A stretch of DNA of 64,000 nucleotides, taken from positions 43,400,001 through 43,464,000 of the forward strand of contig OZ024746.1 in the NCBI GenBank assembly GCA_964016885.1, read 5' to 3'. Both the position numbers and the translations under genes were made by a program. Shown in pieces: positions 39,201 through 52,807 of this stretch. Every line of letters starts with the position of its first letter. The stretch's first letter is position 1. The stretch comes from Eledone cirrhosa. Its lineage: Eukaryota. The notes beneath the pieces are model-generated. The model made no database searches. It was not told the origin of the DNA and saw only the letters and a list, made by a program, of their open reading frames with translations.

Positions 39201-40934
39201 CACAGGCTTTAGCCAGGACAAATAAAGCAAAGCAATTTAGCCAATATCTAACAATTCTACTAATTCACTGCTTTGAGTAGGTACTTTATTTTATCAACCC
39301 TAGAAGGGCCAAAAGCAAAGTCTTTTGTCCAACACAAGTGATTCTACCAATCAACTTATATATGAAACATTAGGATTAAGAATGTGTTATATGATCCTCA
39401 ATGTATTAACACAATATAATAGAACATTAATTAGCTTGTCTTCAGATCAATGAAAGACTGTGTTCGATACGAGATGTGAATTCAGAACAATCAAGTACCA
39501 AACTAGTTTAACTCTTAACATTCTGTAACACATACAATTGCATTAATAAAACAGTTTTGGAAACTACAAAACAACACCATGATTGCATTACATTAAAAGG
39601 TCAAGTTTTTCCTCTAATATTGCACATGTTCACAATGATCTGTTTAGTGCTAAAGATACTATAAACATTTGGATTAAGAAACCTATTTCTGATGTCTTCT
39701 GTTAAATCATTACAGAATGTTAAGAGTTAAGTAAAGTATTCAATCCTATGTTCAATAGTTATGGCTATCTCCACCATGCTTCATAGCACAAACACTCACT
39801 TATGTCCATTGATCTTTACTCAAAAATGAAAAAATGATTTTGTATTAACCATGAAATATTAAATTACTTAAATCTCTATTCAGAAGAACTAAACTAATAC
39901 GGAGAATGACTGAAAATGGTGTTTGCTCAATTTAATGAAAATTTCTGACAGGTATCATGATGAGAACGTTTGTACTGTGGTTTTAAAAGATCCTGACTAT
40001 TGGTTGTCAACAATGACTTGACATACTGAAGGTAATAATGTGGTATCAGGATCATCATCATTTCATTCACGAATATTTTTATCTATAGCTTATCTTTGAA
40101 ACATTGGTGCTAAATTATAATTCTTTCTTGCATTTCATATATTCTAAATAAGATGAAGAACATTGTATGCGTTTGTTAGTGAGAGTGTGTTTACATGTTA
40201 GTGTGTGTTTGTACATAAGTATGCATGTAGGCGTATGCATGTGTGTTCATATTTGCTTTGCAATAATGTGATCTAGCATTCCATTTCCCAATGCAGTACT
40301 TTAAACATTAGGTGATCCACAAAAACAATTTTGTCGATCGACTTTTGTCAAATCGGACCGAGGAAACAATGTTTCCGTTGATCTTTCCAATTGCTGATAC
40401 TATTAATCGATCGCAACTCAAGGTAGAAGGAGCAATGTGAAATAAAGTGTCTTGCTCAAGTCCATGACTCATAACCTCACGATTGCGAATCCACAAAAAA
40501 AAACAAAAAAAACGTGAATCATGTCAGACTGGCTGTACCTGCAATTCATAGGGTCAATTTAGCCACACATTGTATCACATTGATTCTGCTAGAGAATTAT
40601 GACAATAGTAGCAGTATCTATGAAATATTTATCTACTTAAGTCAGTAAGTAGGTAGTCCTGTTGACCAAATATCTAGAGTAATCATCGTTGACAGTGACG
40701 GATGTTTCATGAACTTAATTCACATATATTTATATATACAAAACAATTATATTTAATGGTAAAGGAGAGAGGATGGTAGGAAGAGAGAGAGTCAGTAAAC
40801 CAATGATCAATTGAAGAGATAAATTCATAACAATGTATTTTTAGCCATTCAGTCAACATACATTCTGGAAGATTGTAATCTTCTTAAGATCAAGAAAAAA
40901 AATCTTGTGGATGCACATACACACTTGTGAGAGA

Positions 40935-40973
<39 letters not shown>

Positions 40974-42396
40974 TGTGTGTGTGTAGAGGAAGAAGGGTGA
41001 GAGAGAGAATAGATGAGAGGGAGAGCAACAAAGAGAGAAAGAGAGAGATAAAATGAAAATTAAAATACATAACAAAAATCTTGATGAAAAAATACAAAAA
41101 TGTAGAATACCTATAAAATTAATTAACCAAGTAGAATGAACCCTTTTCCTCTCCAACATGTTTTTGTTTAAAATGGATAGAAAATTAGTAAACCTGGACA
41201 TATTTTTAAAAAATTACATTATAAATACTTCTTAGCAAATTTTACACATGTAAAATTAACCTGCTAAATATGTTGATATACATTATTTTAAATGGAAATG
41301 TTTATTTCTATCTTGACAATTTTTTGCCAAAACTGTGTGGTTATGGTTAAAAGCCAGCTTTGTAACTACATTGTTCCACGTTTGCTTCCATCATGGACGA
41401 ATGTCATTACTCATGCTGATCAAAGACTTGTGAGGGAAATTTGATAGATAGAGACTGTGTGAAAGTCTTCTTTAAGGCCATTGCTGTTCTTGGGGTATAT
41501 ATAGAGTTAATGTTGTTGCCTTGTTTGACACCACCACCTCTTTTGTAAAATCCCTCTGTTGTAAACATGTGAGCCATGTCTCTGAACAGAGGACACCAGA
41601 CCCCCTCCCCATCCAATACCCACCAGCCTTGGAGGTTCAGTATAAGCTCATGAGTGCTGCCCTGCAGCCTCTGACTAAGCCATAAAAATAGACTATGTTA
41701 ATTTTCTACCAGAAATATATAGTGCAATCGCCCATATGTAAAGTACTTCTGCTAGACATTAAGCTTAACACCAAGTAGATTGGCAGAAACTAAAAAAATA
41801 GAAAGAAGAAAAATAATAATATAACATTCTTTCTCGATATTTAATCATGACAAAATTGAAAGATATTTGGCTACTTGATAACTATTATTTGAACTGGAAA
41901 CATGAAATAATCATAAAAATATTTGCTCTCTAAAATAGATATTTCTTCATGCAATGTTACAAATATTAAAAGGACATGGAAACCTGATATTAAATCCAAC
42001 ACTGGACATCTTTTTTTCATAGACATATTGAAGCAAATTATCATTGCAATTAGTATCCATGAATAAGAAGTTGAAACATTTTAAATACCTTTATTTTCTA
42101 TCATACAAAGCATACATCAATATAAAATATTATAAATGATTCTATAAAACTTTTTTTTTAAACAGAAAATATTTCATATTACCCAATACATTATAGTTTT
42201 TTCTGACATACCTAAACTTTAGAAAAGTATGTCATTGAAGAATATTTCTATTATAGTAATCAGAAAAAATACCCCTGAAATTAAATCACATGACAAGCTG
42301 CATAAGACATGGGAGTAAATTACAAATGTATAATTATGACATATCTTTCTACGTAAAACAGATTCTTTTCATATTGCCTTAATTTTAATGAAGCAA

Positions 42397-42732
42397 TCAT
42401 CATTTCATTTTACGTCCGCTTTTTCCCTGCTTGCAAGGGTGGGACAGGAACTGATTCTGGCTTGATTTCTACAGCTGGATGCCCTTCCTAACACCAACCT
42501 CATTTACAGTGAGTGCTGGGTGCTTTTTTTGCCGTGGCACCTCCACGACCACTTTGCAGTGGAATGATAGGGACCCCTGTCCCTATCATCTCATTTCTAC
42601 AGCTGAGTAAACTGGAGCAATGTGAAATAAAGTGTCTTGCTCAAGGAAACAACACATCACCCTGTCTGAGAATTGAACTCACAACCTTTCGATTGCAAGC
42701 CCAATGCTCTAACCACTAAGCCATGTGCCTCC
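42397..42732 (-). mobile_element. Full-length SINE family B
   Basis: Highly similar to 32119-32471. Confidence 0.9.
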
Positions 42733-42859
42733 TTCTGACTTAATTCCAAATAACTATTCCTTTACCATCTTTGCTTTCATAATCATTAATTTCTTTTACA
42801 TTCTAAAATTAATTTTTGGTATTGATGTAAGATAATATATGAAATAGTATTTAACTTAC

Positions 42860-42927
42860 CACATGATCCTTGAGTTTTCTCCTCTCTTTATGTTCCGAAG
42901 GAAGTCTGCATAATTTTCCCTGTTTAC
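42860..42927 (-). CDS. Candidate 68-nt internal exon of an unidentified host gene
   Basis: Acceptor tttcag and donor GTAAGT; two frames are open (VNRENYADFLRNIKRGENSRIMW or GKQGKLCRLPSEHKERRKLKDHV); non-repetitive and GC-richer than its flanks. Confidence 0.4.
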
Positions 42928-45900
42928 CTGAAATTAAATATAATAATATTTAGTAATGAACAAATATATATTCCACAATCCAAATACCAATAAAGATATA
43001 AATAAAGATATAAATCATCATTTAATGTCTATTTTCTATGCTAGCATTAGTTAGATGAGTTTGTCCCATTAGAAGCACGAGGCAAGTTGGGTCGGGTGAC
43101 CGTGTCTTGCTCTTATAGAACTATTTCTGCATATAAATAAGTTAATTTCTTTTTTCCTAAAAATGCTCTTACTCTTAAGATCTTTGATGAAAGATACATT
43201 ATTACCTTTATATAGAAAATGCCATTCATTTGCTGGCTAACATGAGAATATCTTATCAAAGTTCATGGCATATAGACCTTTATTAGTAAACGGTTGGATC
43301 CAAAGCTTTCTGACATGATACTGTACTTCCAAAAATTTTTTAATGAACACTTACATGCCAATTAATGTAACTCAGAGTTCAATTATCTCTCCTTCACTCT
43401 TAATAATTAAGACCTATTTGCTGTCTTTTGATTGCAATAACTCTTATGATAATGATTCCTCTACATCCTTCTCTTAGCTTTGATACAGAATTCATCTACA
43501 TAGAAAATCAGTGCTTATTGATTAGTCATCATTGATCATTTGATTTGTTGCCTCCAAACCATCCTGCAAGAGAGACTTGACAAAATCATCTCTTACAATA
43601 ATACTAAGATTATCATAAAATCTAATAATTTTCATTAGATGTAGGAATAAAATGTTAATTTTTTCAGATTTATAATTGTTTTCAAAGACCCCTTAGAAAT
43701 CCAAACGTTAAAGTTAGACTAGGAATCTTAATTTTGAATATTTTATCCTGCAGTATATAGTTTTACAGAATTCAAACTTCCTCAGAAACTTGACTGCTAA
43801 GAATAATTTGATATATTATGTCTAAAATCCCATCAATAATGGCTGAAATATGGTTAGGTTGTCCAACCCATTGAAGTCAAGAAGAGAGGATGCCAAAACA
43901 ATAATAATGACAAAACCATACACATACAAGTAGGCAATAAATTGTGACTAATGGAAGTGTGAACAATATATTCTAAATAAGGATTGTTTGGGAGAAAATT
44001 GATGGAACTGGCTATACAATATATCAGAATATTAATGCTAATGTCTAAATTATAGGTACACTAGATGATGGACACAAAAGATTTTCTCAGAATAATATTC
44101 ATTTACTGTATATTATAAGTAGAGAACCTTTCAGATATTAGAACCATTTTCTTTCCTCTTCAGTATTCTATCTGTTATGATACTTCATTTATAATTCACT
44201 ATAGATTTTATATTATAATCATATAATTCAGAGAAAATATAACTGCAATTTACTTTACAGCATTCTTATATATTGAATGGGAATAGGAGCTGTCTTCATG
44301 TGACTCAATCATTCATTGCATGTGTTAGCCATGCATCAGGCCTCATTCATTGCTCTGAGCTTTTTCATCTACATTAACCATTTACTTTCTCACATGTAAT
44401 AGCTTGGTTGAAACATAAATTTCACTAATCCATTTATCCTTATCCATACCCCTAAAGAAACCATTTTAAAAAAGCAAGGGACACTGAAATAGTGCTATAA
44501 TGTTACACATCTTATTTACTGACAATATGAGAGAGTATGCAACAGCTATTTATATCATAAAAAACACTCACTAATCAACATTTAAAATATTTATTGAACT
44601 ATATTGATTCTAGCATATTAACTATACCACTTTCCAGTAAACTAATAAAAACAATAACATTTAAATAAATATTTTAAAAAAATAGAGTATTTTTAATTTA
44701 ATTTTTATATATAAATTAGATCTAATTTACTATCATAACCATGTGTAAATGTACATTTGTATCTGTGTGTTCAAGTATTCTCATAACTGTAAAACAGATT
44801 CTATAGCTTTCTTTCTCATGTAGCTATTAGGCATAAATTCTCTTGCTTACTGCTACTCAATCATAATCATAAGCACAATGAGCTTAAGTGAACAGATATT
44901 TGGTAAAATTGTATTGATAATCACATATATTACTTAATTTAATATGAGGTTGTATAAAACGAGTATAGCAAGCATCAAGTTAGTTGCTAACATTTATGTT
45001 CTTGAAATATTACACACACACACAACACAAGCAGTAAGATATTAGTATTTGCAATCCTTTCATTCGACTCATCTCAGGGGAATTAACTCAGCTTTCCAAA
45101 ACATTAATCATTCATCATTTTCCTCATAACGTCAGTACATTAATTTAAAAAGTAGAAATGACTATAATAAAAACGTATTAATCTCAAGAAATAGAAAGTA
45201 CATTTTTAATATTACTAGTATATAAAAAATGAAAATGCTGCACAAAAATAAGCCAACAAGTCTGTAATACTTGTAGGCAAATAACCAGTATGCTTTGGAG
45301 ATTCACCTCATTTTTAATCATAATTAAAGAATAAAAATACTCAAAATACAATGAAACTTATAAAACATTCCTATACATTAAAGGCTGTCATTTGTCTAAA
45401 TAACATACAGAGTAACATACTACATCATGTTTATATTCATGTTACCTTCAGATGTTAAACCTTTAGCATCTAAACAGGATGTATCTGGCCAGAATTCTCT
45501 CACCTTTTTCTGTTCAAACTGGCTGTAACTAGCCACTCATACTGATGTTAAGGTATTGTTCCCAAAATAAATACTATCAAAATCTCATAGATTCGATATG
45601 TGAGATATTTATGTGAGGTAAAGTTTTTACCATGAAAATATAATAATAAATATAGTGTAATGTAAATGTTAAAGGGTTAATTTCCTATTGTTGGAAGATA
45701 AATTCTTTGGCAAATTCATACAGAATCTTTAAGATTTTAGGATCTATTTATGAGTTATTGAACTGGGGCTCTGCTATGGCATGTATTGAAGGACATATAC
45801 AGTGATATTTTTAATTGAAAGAGCTAGCTATGTCACACACTACCTGAGTATTTTGTTAGATTTACTAGTTTCTATGGAATATTCAGCCACTTACACTAAT

Positions 45901-46744
45901 TATTTAGTATGCACCTCTTTCCCTTCAGCATTTGTCAAAACTGGTCAAAATATCATCATTATTTATGTTCATTCTTATTCCATGCTGGAAATGATTCAGC
46001 ATTTTTTCTTTATACACACACACACACACACACACAAGGTTTTACATTATTAGTTTACCGTGAGCTTGAGATCTAAATATATTATACATTGTCAGTTCTA
46101 TAAACATGGTATCATGTGATCTCCAGGCCACATGCCATAAAAAAGAAATAGAAAGTTATATAGCATAACTAGAATAAAAACTGGACATTCAGTGAATAAA
46201 CATGATGATTTATTGTCAAAGATAGGCAAAAGAAAACTTAGAAAAATACAAGATAAGAAAAAGCTGTTGGTTAAATTAACTTTATAGAAGAGAAAATATA
46301 AAAAACACTGACCAAACAAAAGAAATATAAAAACCATTTTATGAAGTATATTTTCTTTTTTTATATATTATAAAAAGAATGGAAAGTGTATACATGAGAT
46401 TATATACTGTAGTGTATTTGGTAAACAGTATCTAAAGATAGGAGAACACTCAATCCATGTGACAAGTTGTGGTATGCAGATATTCATTACATCTCAAAGG
46501 GAAAAAAACATGGCTATTACAAAATTGTATCAATACAGGCTGAGGATTTGGGCCTGACTCAAAAATATCTGAAATAGGCAGCCAAAGAAACATTTGTACC
46601 TATATGAGAACATAGTGTAATAAATATATATATATGAGCAAGACATCATCACCTGACCTAGCATTGCCCACAACAGGACAACTTGTCTATGCTACCATGG
46701 AAGAATAGACGTAAAACGGTGATGATTATATATATATATAAATA

Positions 46745-47600
46745 ATCAACATTGTTTTACATCTGCTTTCCATGCATGCATAGGTTGAATGAGTTTCTTA
46801 TAGTACAGCATCCCTCCACTTGTTGTGTCCCTTGTCATTTCTTTTGTGAACTTCAGTGGTTTAAGATCAGCATTCACAATCTCTGCTCAGGTTCCTTGGA
46901 CTCCTACTACAGCTTCCTTCCACTGGGATTTCGTTGCATGTCTTCACCAAATGATCATCTATATGCAACACTTGTCCATACCAACACACCCTTCTCTCCT
47001 GCACACTATAATAGATTCCTCTTACACCTAGCTTTCTCTCAGTCCATTCAAGCAACATCACACACAAGCATCATACAGTCAGCCTTTCATTCATAGAGAG
47101 AAACTTTTGCTGTCAACAGAGGTAATAGCTCCCTGAATTTTTTCCACTGTGTTCTTATTTTAGTTACTATGCTCTCTAAGCAACCTCTTCCACTACTAAA
47201 TAGATCACCTAGGCAGCAGAAGCTCTCAATCACTGCTATGAATTCTTCCTGGAATTGGCAACATTTTATTTCACTGATGCTCTTACTATCAACTATTCCT
47301 GCGCATCTGCCACCTATAAATTCTACCTTATCTGTTAGTCTACCTACTATCACACTACACCTCTTGTGCAACCAAGATTTACATTGTGAACATTGTATAA
47401 AGTTCCTGCTCCCTTTCTAAATATTAAACAAGACACTTCTCTGGTGAGATAAAGCTCCTGTCTTTCTTTTTACTTATTAAAACTTTGGTTACCTTTAGTT
47501 TAATCCAGATTTTTTTAATTCTATGTTCTGTTTCCAAAGCCAGAATTTATTCTTTATTTTCCCACAGGTTTTCTTATAAGAACCAGATCATCAGCCATAT
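46745..47600 (-). mobile_element. Degenerate RTE LINE RT/PHD/C-terminal fragment
   Basis: ORF 47087-47371 (HKRCS..FCCLGD..WKKFRELLPLL). Confidence 0.85.
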
Positions 47601-47634
47601 ATAGGTGTGTGTGTGTGTGTGTATCTATATATAT

Positions 47635-47870
47635 ATTTAAAGGTTAAACAAGGTTCAATGAATAAATCAAAGAATGAGTTTTACAATAGAAATGGTTTTC
47701 CGGAGTTATTAATATTAATTCAAAATATTGACATTTGTGTGATCAAGTATATTTTATTATACATATTTCAGAGGTACTGAGCTAACTTCAACAGTACGTC
47801 CTCATCAGATAAAATAAGATGATGCATGACATACCCTGACATAGTAGATGGTTAAGATTCAGTCATGGTA
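47635..47870 (-). mobile_element. TA-embedded Penelope-like pLTR cassette with hammerhead motif at 47757-47812
   Basis: Minus strand: agggtatgtca...UUAU-CUGAUGA-GGAC-GUACUG-(12 nt)-CAGUAC-CUCU-GAAA-UAU-GUA-UAA; homologous to 53065-53160 and 63280-63380. Confidence 0.7.
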
Positions 47871-48089
47871 TATATATATATCCCCGTCCAAACCCATGGA
47901 AGCGTGGAAGATGGACGTTAAACGATGATGATGATGATATTCCTGTCTTAATTGTTAAAGACTTCATTGACCAAGGATCACTAGCTGTCTGCAGTCATTA
48001 TCCATTTTTTAGGTAGAATTGCTTCAGGTCAGTTGTATGTTTATATGCTTCAACGACTACAGGCTAAATTTCCTCATGTGCAGATGAAG

Positions 48090-48600
48090 AGATAGTGGCA
48101 TTTCAGGCAAGAATGTTCAGCTTTTTCATCATGCACAAATTGTATTTGATGCCTGACTTATATGCTCTTGCATAAGCAGCTATACTCCAGCTTTTAATCA
48201 GATGTTAAATTCCAGTCTTTTAATTGCCAGATGTTTTTAGACAACCAGGTGGAGTTTATCTTGTCTTTATTCCTGAAGATGTACAGATGTTGAATGAAGC
48301 ATGCCCCATAGATCAATGTTAATCCATTACACACTTCAGTTGTTCCACTATTCTATTGCAATTCTCCCACCTATACAAGCTCTCTGAAGAGGAAATTGTT
48401 AAGAAAGTGGTATCTAGGCACTTCAATTGCATCCATGCAGGTGTAGAGGTGTGGTGTATGCAGCTATCTTGCTTTAGTTTAATATCTGAGTTCCTGTATT
48501 GCTAACAAAACTGTAGCTAACAATAACCATTGTCTGAATAACATGTAACAAGCATGGAAGATGCCAGAGTAACAGACAACTGCAACAGCCTTCATATGTT
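48090..48600 (-). pseudogene. Decayed Penelope-like element GIY-YIG endonuclease region
   Basis: Minus-strand pieces SYSFVSN, PLQRACI, HLYIFRNKDKINSTWLSKNIWQLK and SWSIAAYARAYKSGIKYNLCMMKKLNIL match the PLE EN consensus H..SFRN....ST.LSK.IW.LK / W.I...A..Y..G.K.C.LC..EKL.I. Confidence 0.7.
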
Positions 48601-48774
48601 ATTAATCTTAATCATATGGCATTGAGCATTCATTATCAGGTCAGCCAATATTAACTGATAAATATATCATCATCATCTAATGTACATTATTCCTGATAAC
48701 AGCAAGGGTTAGATGGATTATCACAGATAGAGTCAGTGCTCTGATGGGCTGGGGGCATACCTCTCTCTCTGTCT

Positions 48775-48854
<80 letters not shown>

Positions 48855-49463
48855 ATGCTTGCAGGTGACCATGTTTTGCTCATACAATCTATTTTTCACT
48901 TTTGTAACACCAGGCCTATTTTAGTATGTACATAGTGCTGGTGCCACGAAAAATAATCCTATCAGCTTACAGGGTTTACTGGGTGCATTTTTCATGGCAC
49001 CAGCAATAGAGAGGTTGTCATATGACTAAAGGATCATCTAAATGCATCTTGGCATGTTTAACACTAACAACATTACAGAATATATTGAATGTATTTTAAT
49101 AAGGCATCAGTACTAGGGAAATTGATGATCATAGATGCACATAGATTATGGCAGGAAGAAGAGGATGAGAGGAGACAAGTAGGATAAGTATGATGTTATG
49201 GAAATAGTCGGGAGAGGATGACAAGTCTGATGTCATGTGTGTATGACAGATGTGGTGGGATTTAAAGGGTTGATGTGAGGGAGGAGATGGTTTAAGAATG
49301 TCTTGAATAGAGAAGGGAGTCATGTGATGAAAATATGTATGTGTATTTATATACCTATATATTTATATATATATATCATCATTGTTTAATTCTGTTTTTG
49401 CTATTCATTATACATCTGGTCCTCCATAGTACCATGTGCAGTACAGGACTTTTGTATATAAAT

Positions 49464-49489
<26 letters not shown>

Positions 49490-49495
<6 letters not shown>

Positions 49496-49685
49496 TGAAA
49501 GGATAACAAGGACGATTGGTTACTCCTCCATTATTGGTAAGTGACGTGCATAGGAGTAACCAATTGTCCTTGTTATCCTTTCAATATATTACACTCTGTA
49601 TAGCTCTACACCTCAACACAGAAGTGAACCTAAACATCGAGTGCTCACCCGGGTGAAGCAGCAGTAACTCCAAGTTACACTCCCT
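49490..49685. repeat. TA-embedded cassette starting with a 38-bp-arm hairpin
   Basis: Arms 49490-49527 and 49552-49589 with one G-T mismatch and a 24-nt loop. Confidence 0.85.
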
Positions 49686-49710
49686 ATCTATCTATCTGCA
49701 TCTACATCTA

Positions 49711-50044
49711 CATCATCATCATCATTTTATGTTCGCTTTTCCCTGCTTGCAAGGGTGGGACGGGAACTGAATATGGCTTGGTTTCTACAGCTAGATGCCC
49801 TTCCTAACACCAACCGCATTTACAGTGAGTGCTGGGTGCTTTTTTGCTGTGGCACCTCCACGACCACTTTGCAGTGGAATGATATGGACCCCAGTCCCTA
49901 TCTTATTTCTACAGCTGAGTAAACTGGAGCAATGTGAAATAAAGTGTCTTGCTCAAGGAAACAACACATCACCCGGTCTGAGAATTGAACTCACAACCTT
50001 TCGATTGCAAGGCCAATGCTCTAACCACTAAGTCATGTGCCTCC
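49711..50044 (-). mobile_element. Full-length SINE family B
   Basis: Highly similar to 32119-32471 and 42397-42732. Confidence 0.9.
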
Positions 50045-50069
50045 ATATATATATATCAGCAGCAGCATT

Positions 50070-50650
50070 AGTACCGTTTAATGTCCATTTTTCCACACTA
50101 GAATGGGTTAGATGAGTTGTCCTGTTGTGAGACAAGCCAGGTCAGATGACCATGCCTTGCTCATACAGAACTGATTTGGGTTTAGTTTCTATGGCTGAAT
50201 GCCCTTCCTAACACCAAACATTTACATTGTGTGCTTGCTATTTTCTGTTGTGACACCTACATGACCACATTACAGTGTGGGTTGGGCATATTTGTCATGA
50301 CATCTACACAACCACTTTACATTGTGGGCCGGGTGCTTTTTGTCATTCCACCTACATGTCCACTTTTCAGTGTGGGCTGGCCGCTTTTTGTCATGATACC
50401 TACATGACCACTATAGTGTGGGCTGGGGACTTGGGTAGGGGAGGTGTGTGGGGATTGGGATATAGATATAGGGATGTGTGTGAGGGGTATATATATATGT
50501 ACACACCAACTATTTTACAGGATGTATTGGGAGTATTTCATTATGACTTTAGCACTACCACCTTACAGGGGGGACTGGGAGCTTTTGTTGTGACACCAGC
50601 ACTACCACATCACAGAGTGGGCTGCGGTTTCTATCATGACACCATAATAC
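50070..50650 (-). mobile_element. RTE LINE 3' UTR with an expanded array of ~48-bp units
   Basis: Homologous to 9100-9480. Confidence 0.75.
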
Positions 50651-51799
50651 CTAATTTTGTGTCATCTGTGTGCTTGCTGTGTCCTTTGCCCAGTTGGGTT
50701 GGTGGTAGCAGTGAAGAGAGTGGAAGATTTATATACATCTACATGTTTATTACTACACAGACACACACACACACAAACTTATATACATATACAAGGAAGC
50801 CGCAGTAGAGGTAGGCCAATAAAGACCTAGCAAGAGATGGAGAGAGCTAACCTCAAATTGCTGAGACTCACAGAGGAGATGACAAAGGAATGCGGCAAGT
50901 GATGAGATGCTGTGCTGAGAAGCACCCATCCAACCCGTCTAAGCATGGAAAAATGGAAGTAAAAACGATGAGTATGATCATAATGATGATACACCGAATT
51001 GTGTGTTGTTCTATGTACAACCTATATATACATTACTTTCTTCAAACAATAGATATAGGAATGTAATTTAAAATTTATATTCTTTAATTTATGTTTCAGC
51101 AATTTAAATTCTGTTTAAGATCATTGTAATTGAACTATTTATATAATTATTATATTTATACGTTTTCAAATTTCTGCTTGTGTGTGATAGCAGGAAGATA
51201 AAATAAGAGACTTTTATGCGACAATATTCAAGCAAAGGGAAGTAACAATATGAAATGCTTGCTAGGAAATGATGTAAGCTTAAAAATAAATATTTAATCT
51301 AGGTAGTTTTGATTAATAGAAACATAATATTTGAATGGATTTTTAGCATTTTCTTCAATTTCTACTGTCCAATATTTATATAGAACTTCATTTTAACACT
51401 TTCATTACCTTATTTCTCTTGCAAGACACTACCTATGATTTCCAAATGAATTTTTTAATTATCAAAAATTTAGCTTCATTTAGTAATATAACTTTCTCGT
51501 TATTAAAATTATGATGGAAGCTTTTAGATAAATATAAACACTTTAAAAGAAATATCTTACAATCATAAAACCGGGAGCAATTTTGGATTGTTTAGTATCA
51601 AAATTGATAGATTGTTTTTAATTTAAAATGTTTTAACAACATAAATGACATCTGATATTCAAATTTTTTATTTTTTTAACTTACCTATAAACACCTTATC
51701 ATCTTGTTTTATTCATATATAACCAACCTTAATTATTTGTAACAAAATTTCCAATTATTAAATTTTTGACTCAATAATTATTCACTGTGAAAGTAACTA

Positions 51800-52035
51800 G
51801 GAGGATGCATTAGTCTTACTTTGATGTCAGGAATTATCAATAAACTGTTTCTTCCAGCCTGTGGCATTTGAAATGTTTGGGGGAGCTGGGCCACTGACAG
51901 CAAAGTTCTTTTCATTGTTAGCGGCTCACTTTACCGAGATGTCAGGTGATTTCCGTGAGAGGACTTATATGTTCAGACCCTTAGCCTTGCCATTACCCAC
52001 AGCATTGTTGCAAGTATGTTGGCTTGCCTCAAAAT
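51800..52035 (+). mobile_element. CRE-clade (RLE) retrotransposon C-terminal fragment
   Basis: FFQPVAFEMFGGAGPLTAKFFSLLAAHFTEMSGDFRERTYMF then (frameshift) LSLAITHSIVASML, matching F.P.A.ET.G..G..A..F......GD.RE...LFQR.S.AI..GNAAS. Confidence 0.7.
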
Positions 52036-52629
52036 GTATTAGAGGGAGGTTCTGATGTTCCTTGTGGTGTGTGACCAATTAACAGTGTTCAATTGATTTT
52101 CTTTTTCACTTTGAATGTATATTTTTGTGTTATATTTATAAGGTTCCATGAATTCTATTTTTATGGGAAACCTCATGATTATAATATAAGTTTATTTCTG
52201 TGTCTTTTTCATGTACATAAATATTTATGTGAATAATAAAAATTTATGAATATTTATTTTTAAAGTGTACAAACCACCCCCCAAATACCTTTTTAAATAA
52301 TTATGAATACTATTTTTAAATAACTTAAATTTGTTTTTACCCTCTTATCCAACCTGTTTTTAACTGAGTAATATTGATAAAAGTTACATGTTATAAATAT
52401 TTCATCATCATTACTACACTGATATTTCCATATACTCAAGTAAAAAACTATACAATTTTATAAAAATACAGATTAACGTCCGTCTTTAAAATATAAAATA
52501 ATATCAGCTTGAAAATAATGATTCTAAAACCTTAAAGTACTATGCTATGATTTTATACTGTATATATATGTGTTCATCATCATCATTTTACGTCCGTTTT
52601 TCCCTGCTTGCAAGGTGTTATATATATTC

Positions 52630-52741
52630 TGCTCTGAGGAAACAGTGGTCACAGCATTGGATATTTGAGTTCTGCAAGTACTTGTGAATTTGCACATAGC
52701 ATAACTAGGCTGCAGTACCACCGTGGAAACACTTGTAAGCA
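52630..52741 (+). ncRNA. Type-I hammerhead ribozyme motif with long stem II extension, in a TA-flanked cassette (~52627-52792)
   Basis: UGCU-CUGAGGA-[AACAGUGGU...ACCACCGUG]-GAAAC-ACUU-GUA-AGCA: stem I UGCU/AGCA, stem III AC/GU, cleavage triplet GUA (52735-52737). Confidence 0.75.
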
Positions 52742-52807
52742 CACGGAATAAATTACCTTTTTATGATGTCTACCTGTTATTATTCATTCTTTATATATAT
52801 ATATATA

